Source: Psammoneis japonica (lineage: Eukaryota). From it: 57,774 nucleotides of DNA. Position 1 is the stretch's first letter; each line of letters opens with the position of its first letter. Position numbers and translations under genes: made by a program. The stretch covers positions 188,947-246,720 of the forward strand of contig QPGO01000113.1 of assembly GCA_008632985.1 (NCBI GenBank), read 5' to 3'. Positions 36,479 through 48,343 of the stretch are shown one piece after another. The notes beneath the pieces were generated by a model, which saw nothing but the letters and a program-made list of their open reading frames with translations, searched no databases and was not told the origin of the DNA.

Positions 36479-36850
36479 TTTTGCTGCCAGAGATGCAACG
36501 ATCACAGAGTGACTCATTCACCAGAGAGTTCCAACACCACCACCTGCACTCATTTCTTTGTTTCTTTCCAGACATGGCATCATGTTGAATCAGCTTGCTC
36601 TGCCCACGAGGCATGTTCAGAGTGCACAGCCCGCATGCGCAGCACTCCCATTGGCCGATCATGGTTTTGCTGATTGTTGCATGGAGTCCACTGTCACCGA
36701 CACTCCAGGCTTCTTCTTGCCACCGCGCCATTTGCAAAAAGACACAAAATAAAAAGAGATTACCATGTAGTTGAGCATTCATTCGTTGAAAAGAAAACGC
36801 AGGAACAGTCGCGTTTCTTTCCGCATCATTGTGATTGCGAAAAATGGAAG
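36479..36850. repeat. Diverged dispersed repeat, copy 2 (copy 1 at 26853-27145)
   Basis: Same collinear blocks as copy 1, with an extra segment of about 70 bp. Confidence 0.65.
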
Positions 36851-37248
36851 TCTTGTGGGCGAGTCGTGATTTGAAATTTGAATGGCGCGCATCGAGCGTT
36901 GGGTCCCGAAAGCAGTATTATAATAATATTAGTAAATTCATAATCTATGAAATTATAAATATTCAATAATGTAGGTCAATAACTCTTATGAGAGCACCGC
37001 ATATAACGGCTAAACGATTAAGTTGTCAAACACGACCTGTCACACGACAAACTCTAGTATTGATTCTACGTGTGTTGGCTGGCGCGGTTCTGGAGTCGCG
37101 CCACGCCAACAAAAAAGAAGCAAAGAATTTTTTACCGAACTCGAGTCCCATCAACGGTGTGGTCCGGCCTTTTGAGAGAACAACCAAAACCGGAAACGCG
37201 TTTGCTATTCCAACAACAAAAATACGAGAACCAGAGAGAGTGTTACCC

Positions 37249-38086
37249 ATGGCGATACGCAAGTCCGAGCCGTCACCGGTGAGGGAAGCAATCGAGGTAG
37301 ATCTTCAGAGTGGGACGCCTCGAGTGGAAGCGATCGAATACAACAATGATGATGACGATCAAGCAGCAGGTATGAATATAGAAGTGGAGTCACAAATGAG
37401 CAGCCAGCGTGGAATGCTGGTGGAGAGAATAACGTGTGCTCCTATGGAGTCGATTCCAGAAGATGAGGGAATCTTGGCGGCCATTATCAATTACTTTTTA
37501 CCCGACACAGACAGTGAAGCAGTAGCGAGTGTTCCGCCCCCTACAACAAAGTCAATTCTGAGGACCAAAAAGGATGCGGATCAAGGTCCCGTACAGCGGA
37601 ATGTCTCATTTTCGAGTTTGGAGATTCGGGAGTACAAAATGACTCTTGGAGATCATCGTAAGTTTAGTTTCGATATGATTATGCGAATGCCTTGGGGATT
37701 CTCATTCGTGTTGTTTTGTTTTTGATCCCCAAACTTTCACGCGTTCAACTGTAGCGAATGCCAAGTCTGGTCCACCCACGTCTCTTGACTGGGAGTACAA
37801 GCCTAATCCCGAAATTGTCGACTTGGACAAGTACGAGCGTAACAGATGCCCTCGCCGTCATAAAAACAGGCTGAGAATCAGCATCAGGGACCGCGAGCAG
37901 TTGCTCGTGAAGGAAGCGGGCTTTAGCTATACAGAAGTGAAGGATGCTTGGATGAAGGCGTTGGAGGTTAGGAAGAATCGACTCGATACCATTCGGCGGA
38001 GTCCAGCGGCGGAAATGATGGATGAAGTGTGGGAGTCGGCAAACCGCAAGTTTTGGCGTTTGTTTGGTTGGAACAACCTCGGATGA
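37249..38086 (+). CDS. Hypothetical protein of a diatom-type family, 2 exons
   Basis: Motif RNVSFSSLEIREYKMTLGDH / NAKSGPPTSLDWEY...DLDKYERNRCPRR...RE.LL; GT-AG intron about 37658-37753; start codon uncertain. Confidence 0.65.
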
Positions 38087-38206
38087 ATATTAGTACGTAG
38101 CTACATTTTGTGCATAGAGAATAAGTCTAGAAGAGTAGTCGATTGAAGAAAGCCATTGTGTTGCTACGTTCCCTGCTTTGATAAATTGAATGTGCCTAGA
38201 ATGTGC

Positions 38207-39362
38207 CTACCTTTTAGCTTTTGGTTGACTTTCTGAATCTAGAATCTCCCGAATGAATATTTCGTCACGAGGGTGTTCTCGATCACCCTCTTCAAAGGTG
38301 TAGCTAGATGCAATTGCCAACTGAGAGCCATCATGGTTAAAGGCAAGCGCCGAAATGGAAGTGGGAAACTTGGGCAGCGATGTCAGTTTCTTCTTGTTGA
38401 TACCGTCCCAGATAACGACGGTACCCTCGCAACCGCCGGTGGCAAAGGTACCAAACCTAGGATGAAACGCAATCGCATTTACTGGGTACACCACGTCTCC
38501 GTCTCGATGGCACTTGAAAGCGTATTTCTTTTTGCCTGAAATAAAATGCAAGATTTTTAATCACACTTTTGCGTGAGATTCCAACATAGACTTTATTGAT
38601 CGGAAGTACGCATGAAGCAAAACATCGCAAAAAAGAACTGTTCAGAATGAGCGTACAGTACGTACCTGTCTCAACCCCAAGATCATCCAGAAACTCCACA
38701 GCAACACGACCTTCAATAGACCCCAACGCCACCCCTGATCCATCTGGAAAGAATCGCACAGTCCTTGTTTGATACTTGAGCGACGATTCCCGTTCCAGTT
38801 TCATCTCGACCTTGCCATCTGATGCAACGTCCAAGAAGCAAGTTTTGCGTCCCGACGTTGCCACAACAATGCGATTATGAGTTGAATCAAAGTCCATAGA
38901 AAAAGCTTTTCCTGGTAACTCTATTGAAGCTATAGGTTCGCTTGAAGTTGCTTTGGAAGAATCCCACAAGTGAAACATACAATCCCATCCAGCCGATGCG
39001 ACCCATGGTGTACCTGACACTGAAATTACGCATGAACACGCCATTTTGGTATTCTCCCCCGCTGATGCTCCGTGCTGACCTATAGTTGTCACAGAAGACG
39101 TTGCTATATCAAACTTTCGTACAGATCCGTCCAACCCACCGGTAATCAAGGCATCTTTTGTTGTCGCAAGGCTCAGTAAAGGACCGGCATTCATCGCGTG
39201 AGACACCACGGGGGACAAGGCGTTGGTGTCGTGGATGCGAACGGACCCATCCCAGCTTGTACTCGCCACTAGATTCTTTTCTGGGAGAAACTGTAAGGCT
39301 GTTATGCCATCGTTGGGTGGCTGTGGGAGAGACTTGGCTTCTGGGGGAGGAGCGGCCGCCAT
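38207..39362 (-). CDS. BUB3: Mitotic checkpoint WD40 protein BUB3, 2 exons
   Basis: [62 protein letters not shown]; intron about 38665-38536. Confidence 0.9.
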
Positions 39363-39409
39363 GGTGAAGCAGACGAGAGCGATTATTCTTCAAGCTGTTT
39401 TTGTGTGGG

Positions 39410-39592
39410 CCGTTGCTACCGTACGGTAGCTTGATGTCCGCGAAGTTGCGCGCGAGAGCGAACTCGCGAAGAATCCAGAAGAATAACCGCCGAAGCTACA
39501 TAGAAATTAGCTCGGACGGCGGCCAGGCTAATTTCAAATATCTGCATTCATGTAGTTGTGTGTTTCTTTGATTTCACAACATTTTTTGGCGC
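39410..39592. promoter_or_regulatory. Divergent BUB3/WD40 promoter with cell-cycle-like motifs
   Basis: E2F-like TTTGGCGC at 39585-39592; TTTGAA (CHR-like) on minus strand near 39534-39539; CAACGG (MSA-like core) on minus strand near 39410-39415. Confidence 0.3.
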
Positions 39593-39711
39593 GCCCATCA
39601 CCGGATCTGCAATCTGCACCCGACGCCTATTGTCTTACCTCCCACCACCATGAGCACTCAACATTGCGTTCGACAACCGTTTTGAAGGAAGAAGAGTTGC
39701 TCTGTACAATC

Positions 39712-41276
39712 ATGCAGCGTGTCGACGATATAGTCACACCAGCTTCATCTCGTAGTCTACAGAAGCAACAACGACGGCAACTAGCACAACGTATCGCGAG
39801 AAAACGCTTAACGACTCATCAACCCAACTACCCGCAAGAAGCCTATAAGGACGGTTCGAGCCTGGTGTTTCGGAGAGAAATTCACGCTGCTCTAGAAAAT
39901 GATTTGGATGAACTTCAATGTCCTTATACGAGTACTGAATTTTTAAATCAACATGATATCGTCTTGGCAGCGACCGGGCAGGCCTTGTGACGTTGTTCGA
40001 CTTCCTCGGTATTGTCCTCCGCAAAGCGACTCGAGGTCGTTTCGACCGCTCGGCAGTCTTCTTGCTGGGAAGCTTCAATTAGAAACTACGCCAGGCAGCA
40101 CAGCATTCCTGAACAATTTACATATGAAAATCAAAAGTCTAAAGGGGGCGAAGTGTTCGCGGTGGGTATGCCTTCTAGTTTTCAGGTATTCGCTACAGAA
40201 CACGCTTCAACGTGGTGCAAGAATGCGATTCAAAGCTCACCCAAAAAGCTATCACAACAACGATTGAAAACAGATTCCTTGTTTACTTGTGGATGGATGG
40301 CACAAATGCCTAAACGACGTTTTCGACGCAGTTTCAACACTTCGCTGTGGTCCCAGGCCAGAACATGTTGGGAGGGAGCCGACTTTCGGTTTTGCAGGCA
40401 CGAACTCGAGGAAATTGAAGGGTGGAACACGGAACAACCCATTCGACACAATTCTAGCCTTCTCTGCAACAATCACTTGATGTGGGATTTTCGGGAGACT
40501 GCGTCGTCGGCTCTTCTAGCCGCTCATGTAGATGCCGCGTATGACTGCTTTTCTTTGAAACTTATGGATGAACGAAGTTCGCCAAGCAAGAATGTCTTGT
40601 GCATGGACGTGGAAGGTCAAACTGTGATGTTATAGGTGCCACATGTTTTACGTCGGATCATTCATTGGCTACTTTGCATCAGTTCGAGGGAGACCTGACG
40701 GTCAAGATATGGGATATGCGCAAGATGAATCAACAAAATACAGAAACAAAAATTGCTACCATTCCGGCCTTTCCATTGGATGAACTTTTATGCCTCAAGC
40801 CGTCTCACCATTATTCATGCCAAAGGGCAAGCGATCCTTCTTCCTCTTATGCAGTAACAGGATTTTCAGCATCCAGCAACGGAAGCTTGCTAATCACCGG
40901 ACGAAATGAGACTCCCTTCCTCGTAAAGGACGGTGTGGTGAAACGATTGCCAATAGGGCACGGTGATTCGCTCTTTTGTACCACTCCTACAAATGACTTT
41001 ATGGCCTGTATGGACAATCAAGCCAAAGCTGGAAGCCAGACCATTGATCTATATGATTTATCACGCTACCATAGTAATCGAGCTCTTGGAGGATCAAGCA
41101 GAAAGCGGACGTTCGATGGCGAGCTACGTGACGACAACCACGTCAGTTTTCCAGCGAATGCTACAGATCGACATGGCATGGGCTCACATGTTTCATGCCT
41201 GGCGTTGAACGATACTGGGACAGCGTTAGTTTATGGAACTGAAGATGGAGATTTATACCTTTGGCGGGGTGCTTAG
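39712..41276 (+). CDS. WD40-like repeat protein, split by apparent frameshifts
   Basis: Three consecutive overlapping + ORFs; LMWDFRE, VKIWDMRK, VSCLALNDTGTALVYGTEDGDLYLW. Confidence 0.6.
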
Positions 41277-41424
41277 TCTGCTAGAAGCTGGGCGATTGTT
41301 TCGGTTCCTGCATGTCGTCCTACATTGGATGAACACGTGACACCTAACGCGTTTCGAACTTGCCGAGAAACGGCATAGACGTTATTAGAGAAGTAGATGC
41401 TACTGAATGTAAAAATTCGTTACT

Positions 41425-44045
41425 CTATGCATTATTGAGGGTTAGCGTCAGAAGTCCTAACCTGGGAAAGACGCTTAGGACACGTAGTGAGAGAGTCATG
41501 CCTGGTCTCAGCGATCCTACTTCGGACAAGTACCGATGCTCCAAACCTAGCTGAGGGAGAAAGACTGCATACTGATATTTCTCGGGATTAACGCACCCAA
41601 GAACAATAGCATCAAACACAGCTTCCTCTGGATCTCGGTCGAGTACGCGCCTGATATACTCAAACACCCAATATTCCTGTGAACGGCGTTGAAGAGTTCG
41701 CGACGCTCTAACCAGACCCATGCCTTGATTGAAATTTAAGTCGCTGTCATATATTCCTTGGCTGCATTCGTAATCTATTTTTGACCGTCTTTGTCAACTG
41801 CCGCCACGGGGACTGGACACCCAAGATCGTTCTCTGTCAACGCGGAAGGAATCTCGAGCCCGTTTTTCATTAATTCATTAACTCGTTTACGACGGAGATA
41901 GCGTTTTGTCGCAACATGAACCTTAAGCGCCAGAAAAGAGATTGAACAATTACCACAGGCGAATCAGACGAAGAGCAGGAACGCAAATACTGCGCCAGAA
42001 CACGCACCTGTAAGTCTGCGAAGCGTCGAATTGGACTCGTCCATTGCACGTAGCAATCGAGACCAAGCCCAAAGTGTGGGCTATTTATCTCGCCTACATT
42101 GACCGGTTTAAAGAATCGGCGTGCGTACCAAGCATGGCAATACCCGTCCCCTTGCATTCCCTCGCGCAGGTCATTCAAGATTTGTGTTTCTCTCTGCATG
42201 GACTTAAAATCTAACATGAACAACGCATCAAGACGTATCGCTGTAATGAGTCTGCGTCAGATAAGAATTCGTCAATTTCCAATATATGAGATATACCTGG
42301 TGGTGGCTGACTACGAAACGGGAGCACCAGACTACTATCGAGTCGCGCATGACTTCCATTTGGTTCTCCGTTTTCTTCGTCGCGATTACTTTTCCACTTT
42401 CCAATCGCCTCGCCAGCCAGTATCATCATCTCAGTGACAAGCAACATCGCCGGAGAAACGGATACGGTGTACTCGCCAGTCTCGTCTCCTTCGGCAGATT
42501 CAGTAAGATTCTTTCCCGAGTTGTTGGCGGCGTCGAAACGCAGAGAAATACCTATTCCATCCGGTTCATTCTTATCAGGAAAAGCGCTTATCGTCGTCTG
42601 CGGTATGGGATTCGGTACAAATCCCTCTGTTGAACCATTCTCTATGCGATGGTTTCGTCTCTTTGTAGCCGCGGCCAAGAGCGCACCAAGTTGCCATTCC
42701 TCGACGCCTTCTTCCAACATTTCGTCCACCTCATCATAGCTCAATCGATAGTCGACCATGATCCGAGACGGCGTGACAATAATGCTGGAAGAATCGATAG
42801 AGCCATCAGGAAGTAATTCTACCCCAAGCGACAGAGCGAACACGTCCCTTCCTTGTCGAAGAGATATGAGGTCAGAAACGCTGTCCGGGAGCATTGGAAC
42901 TGACGTTGTAGGAAGGTAATGCGATGTCGCTCGTCTCGACGCTATTTCAAATACAGTGGAATTGCGTGGTACCCACCTTTCTGCGTCTGCAATATGCATC
43001 CAGTATCTGTGTCTCGTGCTGCCATCATCATTCGAAAGCACTTCAACGGAGAGTCCGTCATCAATTTCGGTGGTCGAGGCACTGTCGATTGTGTAAACTT
43101 TCAGCTCTTTGAAATCTTTCCTTAGACCTAAAACCGTATCCGGATCGTGTGTAATTGATGATGCCTTCTCAAAATAAGCATGAGAAGTGAGATTTGACCA
43201 AAACTCAGCAAGGAATGTGCATCGACTCTCCGGCCACCTCCTTACCTCTTCCGCAGCGAGAATTTCCTCCTCAGTAAATCTTATTGGAAAACCGCTTCTC
43301 AACAAGGCTATATCTTCATGCTTCTCCCAAGCACCAATATCCACTAGTACGTCAAATGCACCCTGCGTCGAACGTTTCCTCAACAGTCGAGCAAGGACCT
43401 CCATACCTGCTGTCTGATCTACATTGTACTTGAGTCTTCGAATACTTTCCGCATCCCAAACATCCAAATCTCTAAGTCTTAGGTCTCTTACGTCATCCGC
43501 TCGCCGATAAAGATGCGATACCATTCTCTGAAGCTGTTGTGGTGGACCTTTTACACCCACTTGTGTCCCCATCATGAGCAACGACTGCAACGCCATCACC
43601 GCACCACGAACTACATCATCATCTTCTATTGCCGCCTCATCACAGTCAAACATTCTTTCCATTACTTCTTCACCTTCCTGGTGCATGTCAAGTCCAAGAA
43701 GCGACCCTTTGTCAACTGATGTACTCTTTTGTGCTTGAATGGAGTTGCACTCGCAACGTCTGTTGTGTTGTCTTTCCTTTCATTTATTCTTCGACGAATC
43801 AGAGTCGCAACCAAGTCAATAGATCGCTCTTGAATCTCCATAATTTCATCATCCTCAGCAAAGATATCATCGTCATACACCTTTCTGGGAGGAAACCAAC
43901 TACTGCTCTTGACACCCCTGTCTGCTGCTCGTGACATGTAAACATTTTTTTCTGCTCGGAACGAACCGCGTTGTCCCTGCGTTCTGCATACAGAAAATGC
44001 AGCAGCGAAATTCAAAAGAACACACACCACTGAAAAGCAAAGCAT
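41425..44045 (-). CDS. Ribonuclease II (RNB family), probably plastid-targeted, multi-exon
   Basis: VYTIDSASTTEIDDGLSVE, WMHIADA, LVTEMMILAGEA, PHFGLGLDCYVQWTSPIRRFADLQ; presequence MLCFSVVCVLLNFAAA-FSV; frameshift near 43685. Confidence 0.85.
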
Positions 44046-44411
44046 CAGGCCATATTTGACATCAAAGCACATTGCAAACATGATGGGCGGGGTGGATATT
44101 AATATCAACAACAGATGTGGATTCAAAACATCGATGAAGGACTCACGAAGTGCGGTGAGCGATGAGTTCGAATCATCTCATCAAGTGCGAGTGTGCGATC
44201 GATTCGATTGATTCATTCGTCGTCCGTCCGTCGCTCGTCGTCGTTTCGCGCGCATTTTGGATTTGTGATTTTGTTTGATTTTTGATCATTTTTTGGAGCC
44301 GCGATGCATGCGGCTGACTCATCTTTCCCATTTCCCATCCCAATCATTCCAGACAACGAAGTGTTCCCTGTCAAGGAACAATTGTCCCTTACTCTCCCGG
44401 TGTGAAGCATC

Positions 44412-46174
44412 ATGAGAAACCGGGGTGGTCTTTTAGTGGGCTTGGTGTGCTTGGAGTTGCATGCCATGCGCTGTCGTCAGTGGTTTCTCGTCCTATCGCC
44501 AAGTGGGAACAAGGCGAACGAATCATCCGGTTCGCGCCACAAAAACATCCAATGACGCGATGGATGATTCGTACGATGTAGTGGTAGTAGGAAGTGGAAT
44601 CGGTGGTCTCTCTTGCGCCGCAATGCTTTCCAGTTACGGGTATTCCGTAGCCGTCATGGAATCACATTATGCACCAGGTGGTTGTGCTCATGGGTTTCAA
44701 GTGCGCGATGCTGAGTTGGGCGGAGAATTTGTGTTTGACACCGGACCATCGTTCTTTTCAGGTCTGAATCCGGATCTACCTCCAAAGTCTTCAAATCCTC
44801 TTAGGACTGTTCTTGATGCGATTGACGAAAAAGTGGAGTGTGTCCCGTATGAGTCCTTTGGATTGAAGTTTCCTGAGGGCGATTTTGTTCACACGCCCAA
44901 CTTTGGCACTAATGGTGGCGTACTCGAGCAAGTGTCTGGAGAGAGAGGTACTCAGGAATGGAAACAACTAATGAGGAGTATGGAGCCATTGGCAAAAGCG
45001 GTAGCTGCCATGCCCACTGCGGCTCTTCGCGGTGACATTGGCGTCGTGGTAACCGCAAGCCAATTTTTAAAAAACTTTGCATCCTTGAATCCCTTGGAGA
45101 ATCTGAAACTGACAAAATCCTTCCATAACATTGTCGACTCGTCTGGAGTAAAGGATCGATTCACACGGAACTGGTTAGATTTGTTGTGTTTTTGTCTATC
45201 AGGGCTTCCGGCCAAGGGAACAATCACCGCAGAGATGGGGATGATGATGGATGAGTTTTATGCTGATGACGCTTTAATGGATAGTCCAAAGGGCGGAGCA
45301 CGTAGCATTGTTGATGCACTTGTTCGTGGAATCGAAAAGCACGGTGGCTCAATCTTTCTCAAATCGCACGTGGATGAAATAATAATCGAGGATGGACGCG
45401 CCGTCGGTGTGATGCTAAAGAAAAACAACAAGATAGTTCGAGCAGAGAAAGCCGTTGTATCAAACATGTCGGTATGGGACTTGTTTGGTAGTGGAGTTGT
45501 TGACACATCTTTGTTCCCTGCTACTTTTATCGAGGAACAAGAAAACACCTGTTGGCAAATCTTTTATGCACCTACACGTCGGCTTCAAAATGAGTAGAGA
45601 GGAACTAGAGAAGCTGCAAGCTCACTACATGTACATTGACGATTGGTCTCGTGGGGTCGAGGCCGAAGACAACGCCGTGCTACTCTCAATACCATCCGTT
45701 CACGATGATTCGCTTGCTCCCCCTGGATACGGGGTCCTTCATATTTATACGCCTGCTACTGAAGATTTTGCCCGCTGGAAAGACGTGCCTAGAAACTCTG
45801 CAGAATACAAAGCACTAAAGAGGAGCGCAGTGAATACTTGTGGAGGTTCTTGAAAAAGTGATCCCAGATATTCGGGAACGCACTCGTGTGTCTCAGGTTG
45901 GGTAAGATTCTTCGTCTGTTTCGGTTTAGCGTCTTTTATCCTTTGCACATGCCTTATCTGACTCTCTGTCATTTTCATCAGAACACCGTTGACTCATCGT
46001 CGCTTCCTTCGGCGACACATGGGAAGCTACGGCCCAGCCATAAAAGCCGATGAAGGCTCATTTCCGTTCCCACAACCCCGAGTTGCCGGATCGGGAGTGT
46101 TGGCTGCAAACTCTGTCTCGTTAGATTCCATAAAACCGCAGATGAAACTGCTCGAGAAGCTAAAGACACAATAA
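44412..46174 (+). CDS. Carotenoid-isomerase-like (CRTISO/CrtI superfamily) FAD oxidoreductase
   Basis: YDVVVVGSGIGGLSCAA Rossmann motif, ESHYAPGGCAHGF, FDTGPS, PKGGARSIVDALVRG, SFMHLHVG, SIPSVHD, TPLTHRRFLRR.MGSYGPA, AGSGVLAAN; intron about 45902-45981; several frameshifts. Confidence 0.82.
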
Positions 46175-46183
46175 CATTTAAGT

Positions 46184-47678
46184 TTAGTGGGTTGTTATGC
46201 CCTCTAGCATATCAAAGTAAGTTGGGAAGGTCTTTGCTGTGCACCTGGATCATTGATGATAACATTTACCCCTCCGCACGCTGCGAGACTAAAAGTCATG
46301 GCCATTCGGTGATCGTCGTACGTTTCAATCAACACATTGTCGTTGATTTTGTTATCCTTTGGTGGATGAATGATACAATAGTCCCTAAACTCCTCCACAG
46401 TCGCACCAAGCTTTGTGCACTCGGCAACAATAGCCTTCATGCGCTCGGTTTCCTTCAGTCTCCAAGAGTACACGTTGCGAATTGTGGTTGGCCCATCCGC
46501 AAAGAGAGCGGCTACAGCCAAAGTCATTGCCGCATCTGGGATTTCACCACAATCGACATCCACGCCCTTGAGTCGTACCGACGGATCTCTTGTAACAGTG
46601 ATACTTTCGGGCGCCCAAGTGACGGTAGCTCCCATCTGCTCCATCACGTTTGCGAAAGCTACATCACCTTGTACACTTTCAGATCCACAGCCACGAACTG
46701 TAACTGTTCCACCAGTGATGGCGGCCCCAGCAATAAAGTAACTGGCAGAACTAGCATCTCCCTCCACAAGAATTGATTTGGGACTAGTGTACTTTTCTGA
46801 CTCGGCAATTCGAAAAGATGGAGTACCCGACATGTCACCGGTAATTTCAACATTGACTCCAAACTTCTTCATGAGTCCGATAGTCAAAGCAACGTATGGT
46901 GCAGAGATCAACTCATCCTTGATTGAGATCGTGACATCGCCATCTACGACAGGAGATGCCATCAGAAGAGAAGACAAAAACTGAGAAGACATTTTGCCGC
47001 TTATGGAAGCCTCTCCTCCCTTGAGGCCATTTGCATGGATAGTCACAGGGGGGCATCCCGTCTCTTCGACACAAGAAACGTCGGCTCCAAGTTGTTTCAA
47101 GCCATCCACCAAGTCTGCAATAGGTCTTTCCCGCATACGAGGAACACCGTCAAGAACAAAGTCTCCCTTACCCATACATAGGGCGGCTGCGAGTGGCCTC
47201 ATTGCGGTTCCAGCGTTTCCCAGGAACAGTTCACACGTCTCTCCCTCGGGAAGCGGCGAGTTTATAGGACCAGCTTGTCCGTGACTGTAACAGAAGATGC
47301 GTCATGTTTCTCTACTGGGACCTTCATCTGATCCAATGCCTCCACATGTATCGAATATCATCACTCTCGAGCAAGTTATCTACCCGGGTGTTGCCTTCGC
47401 TTAGAGCGGCTAACAAAAGACAGCGATTGCTCAGCGACTTGGACCCAGGAAGCGTAACAGTACCATCCAACTTTTGATTGGTGTCACTGTCAGTGTATTT
47501 GTTTCTTTATCCACGGCTAGGACGCTAATGCAACCGATCGTTTACTGTTTCGAACAGCCCAAGGTGCCGAGGCGATGTGTGTGTTCCTTGCAGAAGGAGC
47601 ATGATGAACAAAACCAAAAGGGTGAACCAACTGGACAGAGCCAATGGCCACTAGAGAGAGCAATGATTTGGAATGCAT
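46184..47678 (-). CDS. aroA: EPSP synthase (3-phosphoshikimate 1-carboxyvinyltransferase), plastid-targeted
   Basis: [76 protein letters not shown]-terminal presequence; several 1-nt frameshifts. Confidence 0.93.
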
Positions 47679-48343
47679 CTTTACAGTGAAAAGCGGGCTC
47701 TAAACAACGTTCAAGACTCTTCTGCTTCAGCTCCCCATTACAAGGAGGATGATGTGCATCAAATCACAAAAAGTGATGTGCGTCATGTGCTTGTTGAAGT
47801 GATGACCAAAAAAATGTGTGGCAGCTGGATCTTATCATAACTTATATTCGTAGTCTAATACAGATGTATGATCGGCGAAAATCTTTATATCCATCCTCAT
47901 CGCTGATGAAACGGATGTAATTTCCAAAGGGAGGAGCTCACAAAATTCGGCAGGAACTGAACAAAATTCGTCGTTCCCGCCATGTCACGTCCCTCCCGAT
48001 CGTGAAAGACGTGGTTTTCAGTCTCTTGACCCGAGAAGCCTCTTGTGAATTATTCTTATTTGAAGCAGTGGCGAAAACCCATACGCTGATTTCACATTCA
48101 TAGGCGTGCACGTTGCCTTTGCGTTACCTACAGGGAGCAGGAATGAGCAGACGCTGCAATTTCTGAAGCGTAAGCAGTAACTCAAACTCACACACATGTC
48201 CCATTAGCTGCGTTTGGGTAGCCAAACCTGCTGACACGCTTTGAAGATCTCTCGTGGAATCAACCAACGCCTCAGGATGACGATAACTAACTGCTATGTT
48301 TCCCTATTACTATGTCTATTATCATCACTATCAACAAGATTCT

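Larger units (their letters stand above)
26500..36745. other. TpA- and CpG-depleted, TpG/CpA-rich island of decayed transposons
   Basis: About two dozen TA dinucleotides by eye in about 10.2 kb and very few CG; translations in all frames are Cys/His-rich and almost Tyr-free. Confidence 0.9.

Noticed and set aside
26414..36874. Dozens of overlapping Cys/His-rich ORFs that look like novel metal-binding proteins
   Set aside because: They are by-products of TA loss: TAA/TAG stops are eroded and TG/CA-rich codons inflated. They occur in all six frames over recognisable decayed TE sequence.
44412..47678. Frameshifts in EPSPS and the CRTISO-like gene (also RFC3, RNase II, Sel1, WD40, zeta) as pseudogenisation or programmed frameshifting
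   Set aside because: Isolated 1-nt losses in otherwise well-conserved, often essential genes across the whole window are best explained by sequencing or assembly error.
4487..47678. VTE1, CRTISO-like and EPSPS as a plastid metabolic gene cluster
   Set aside because: VTE1 is about 40 kb from the others with unrelated genes between, and the adjacent pair acts in different pathways.
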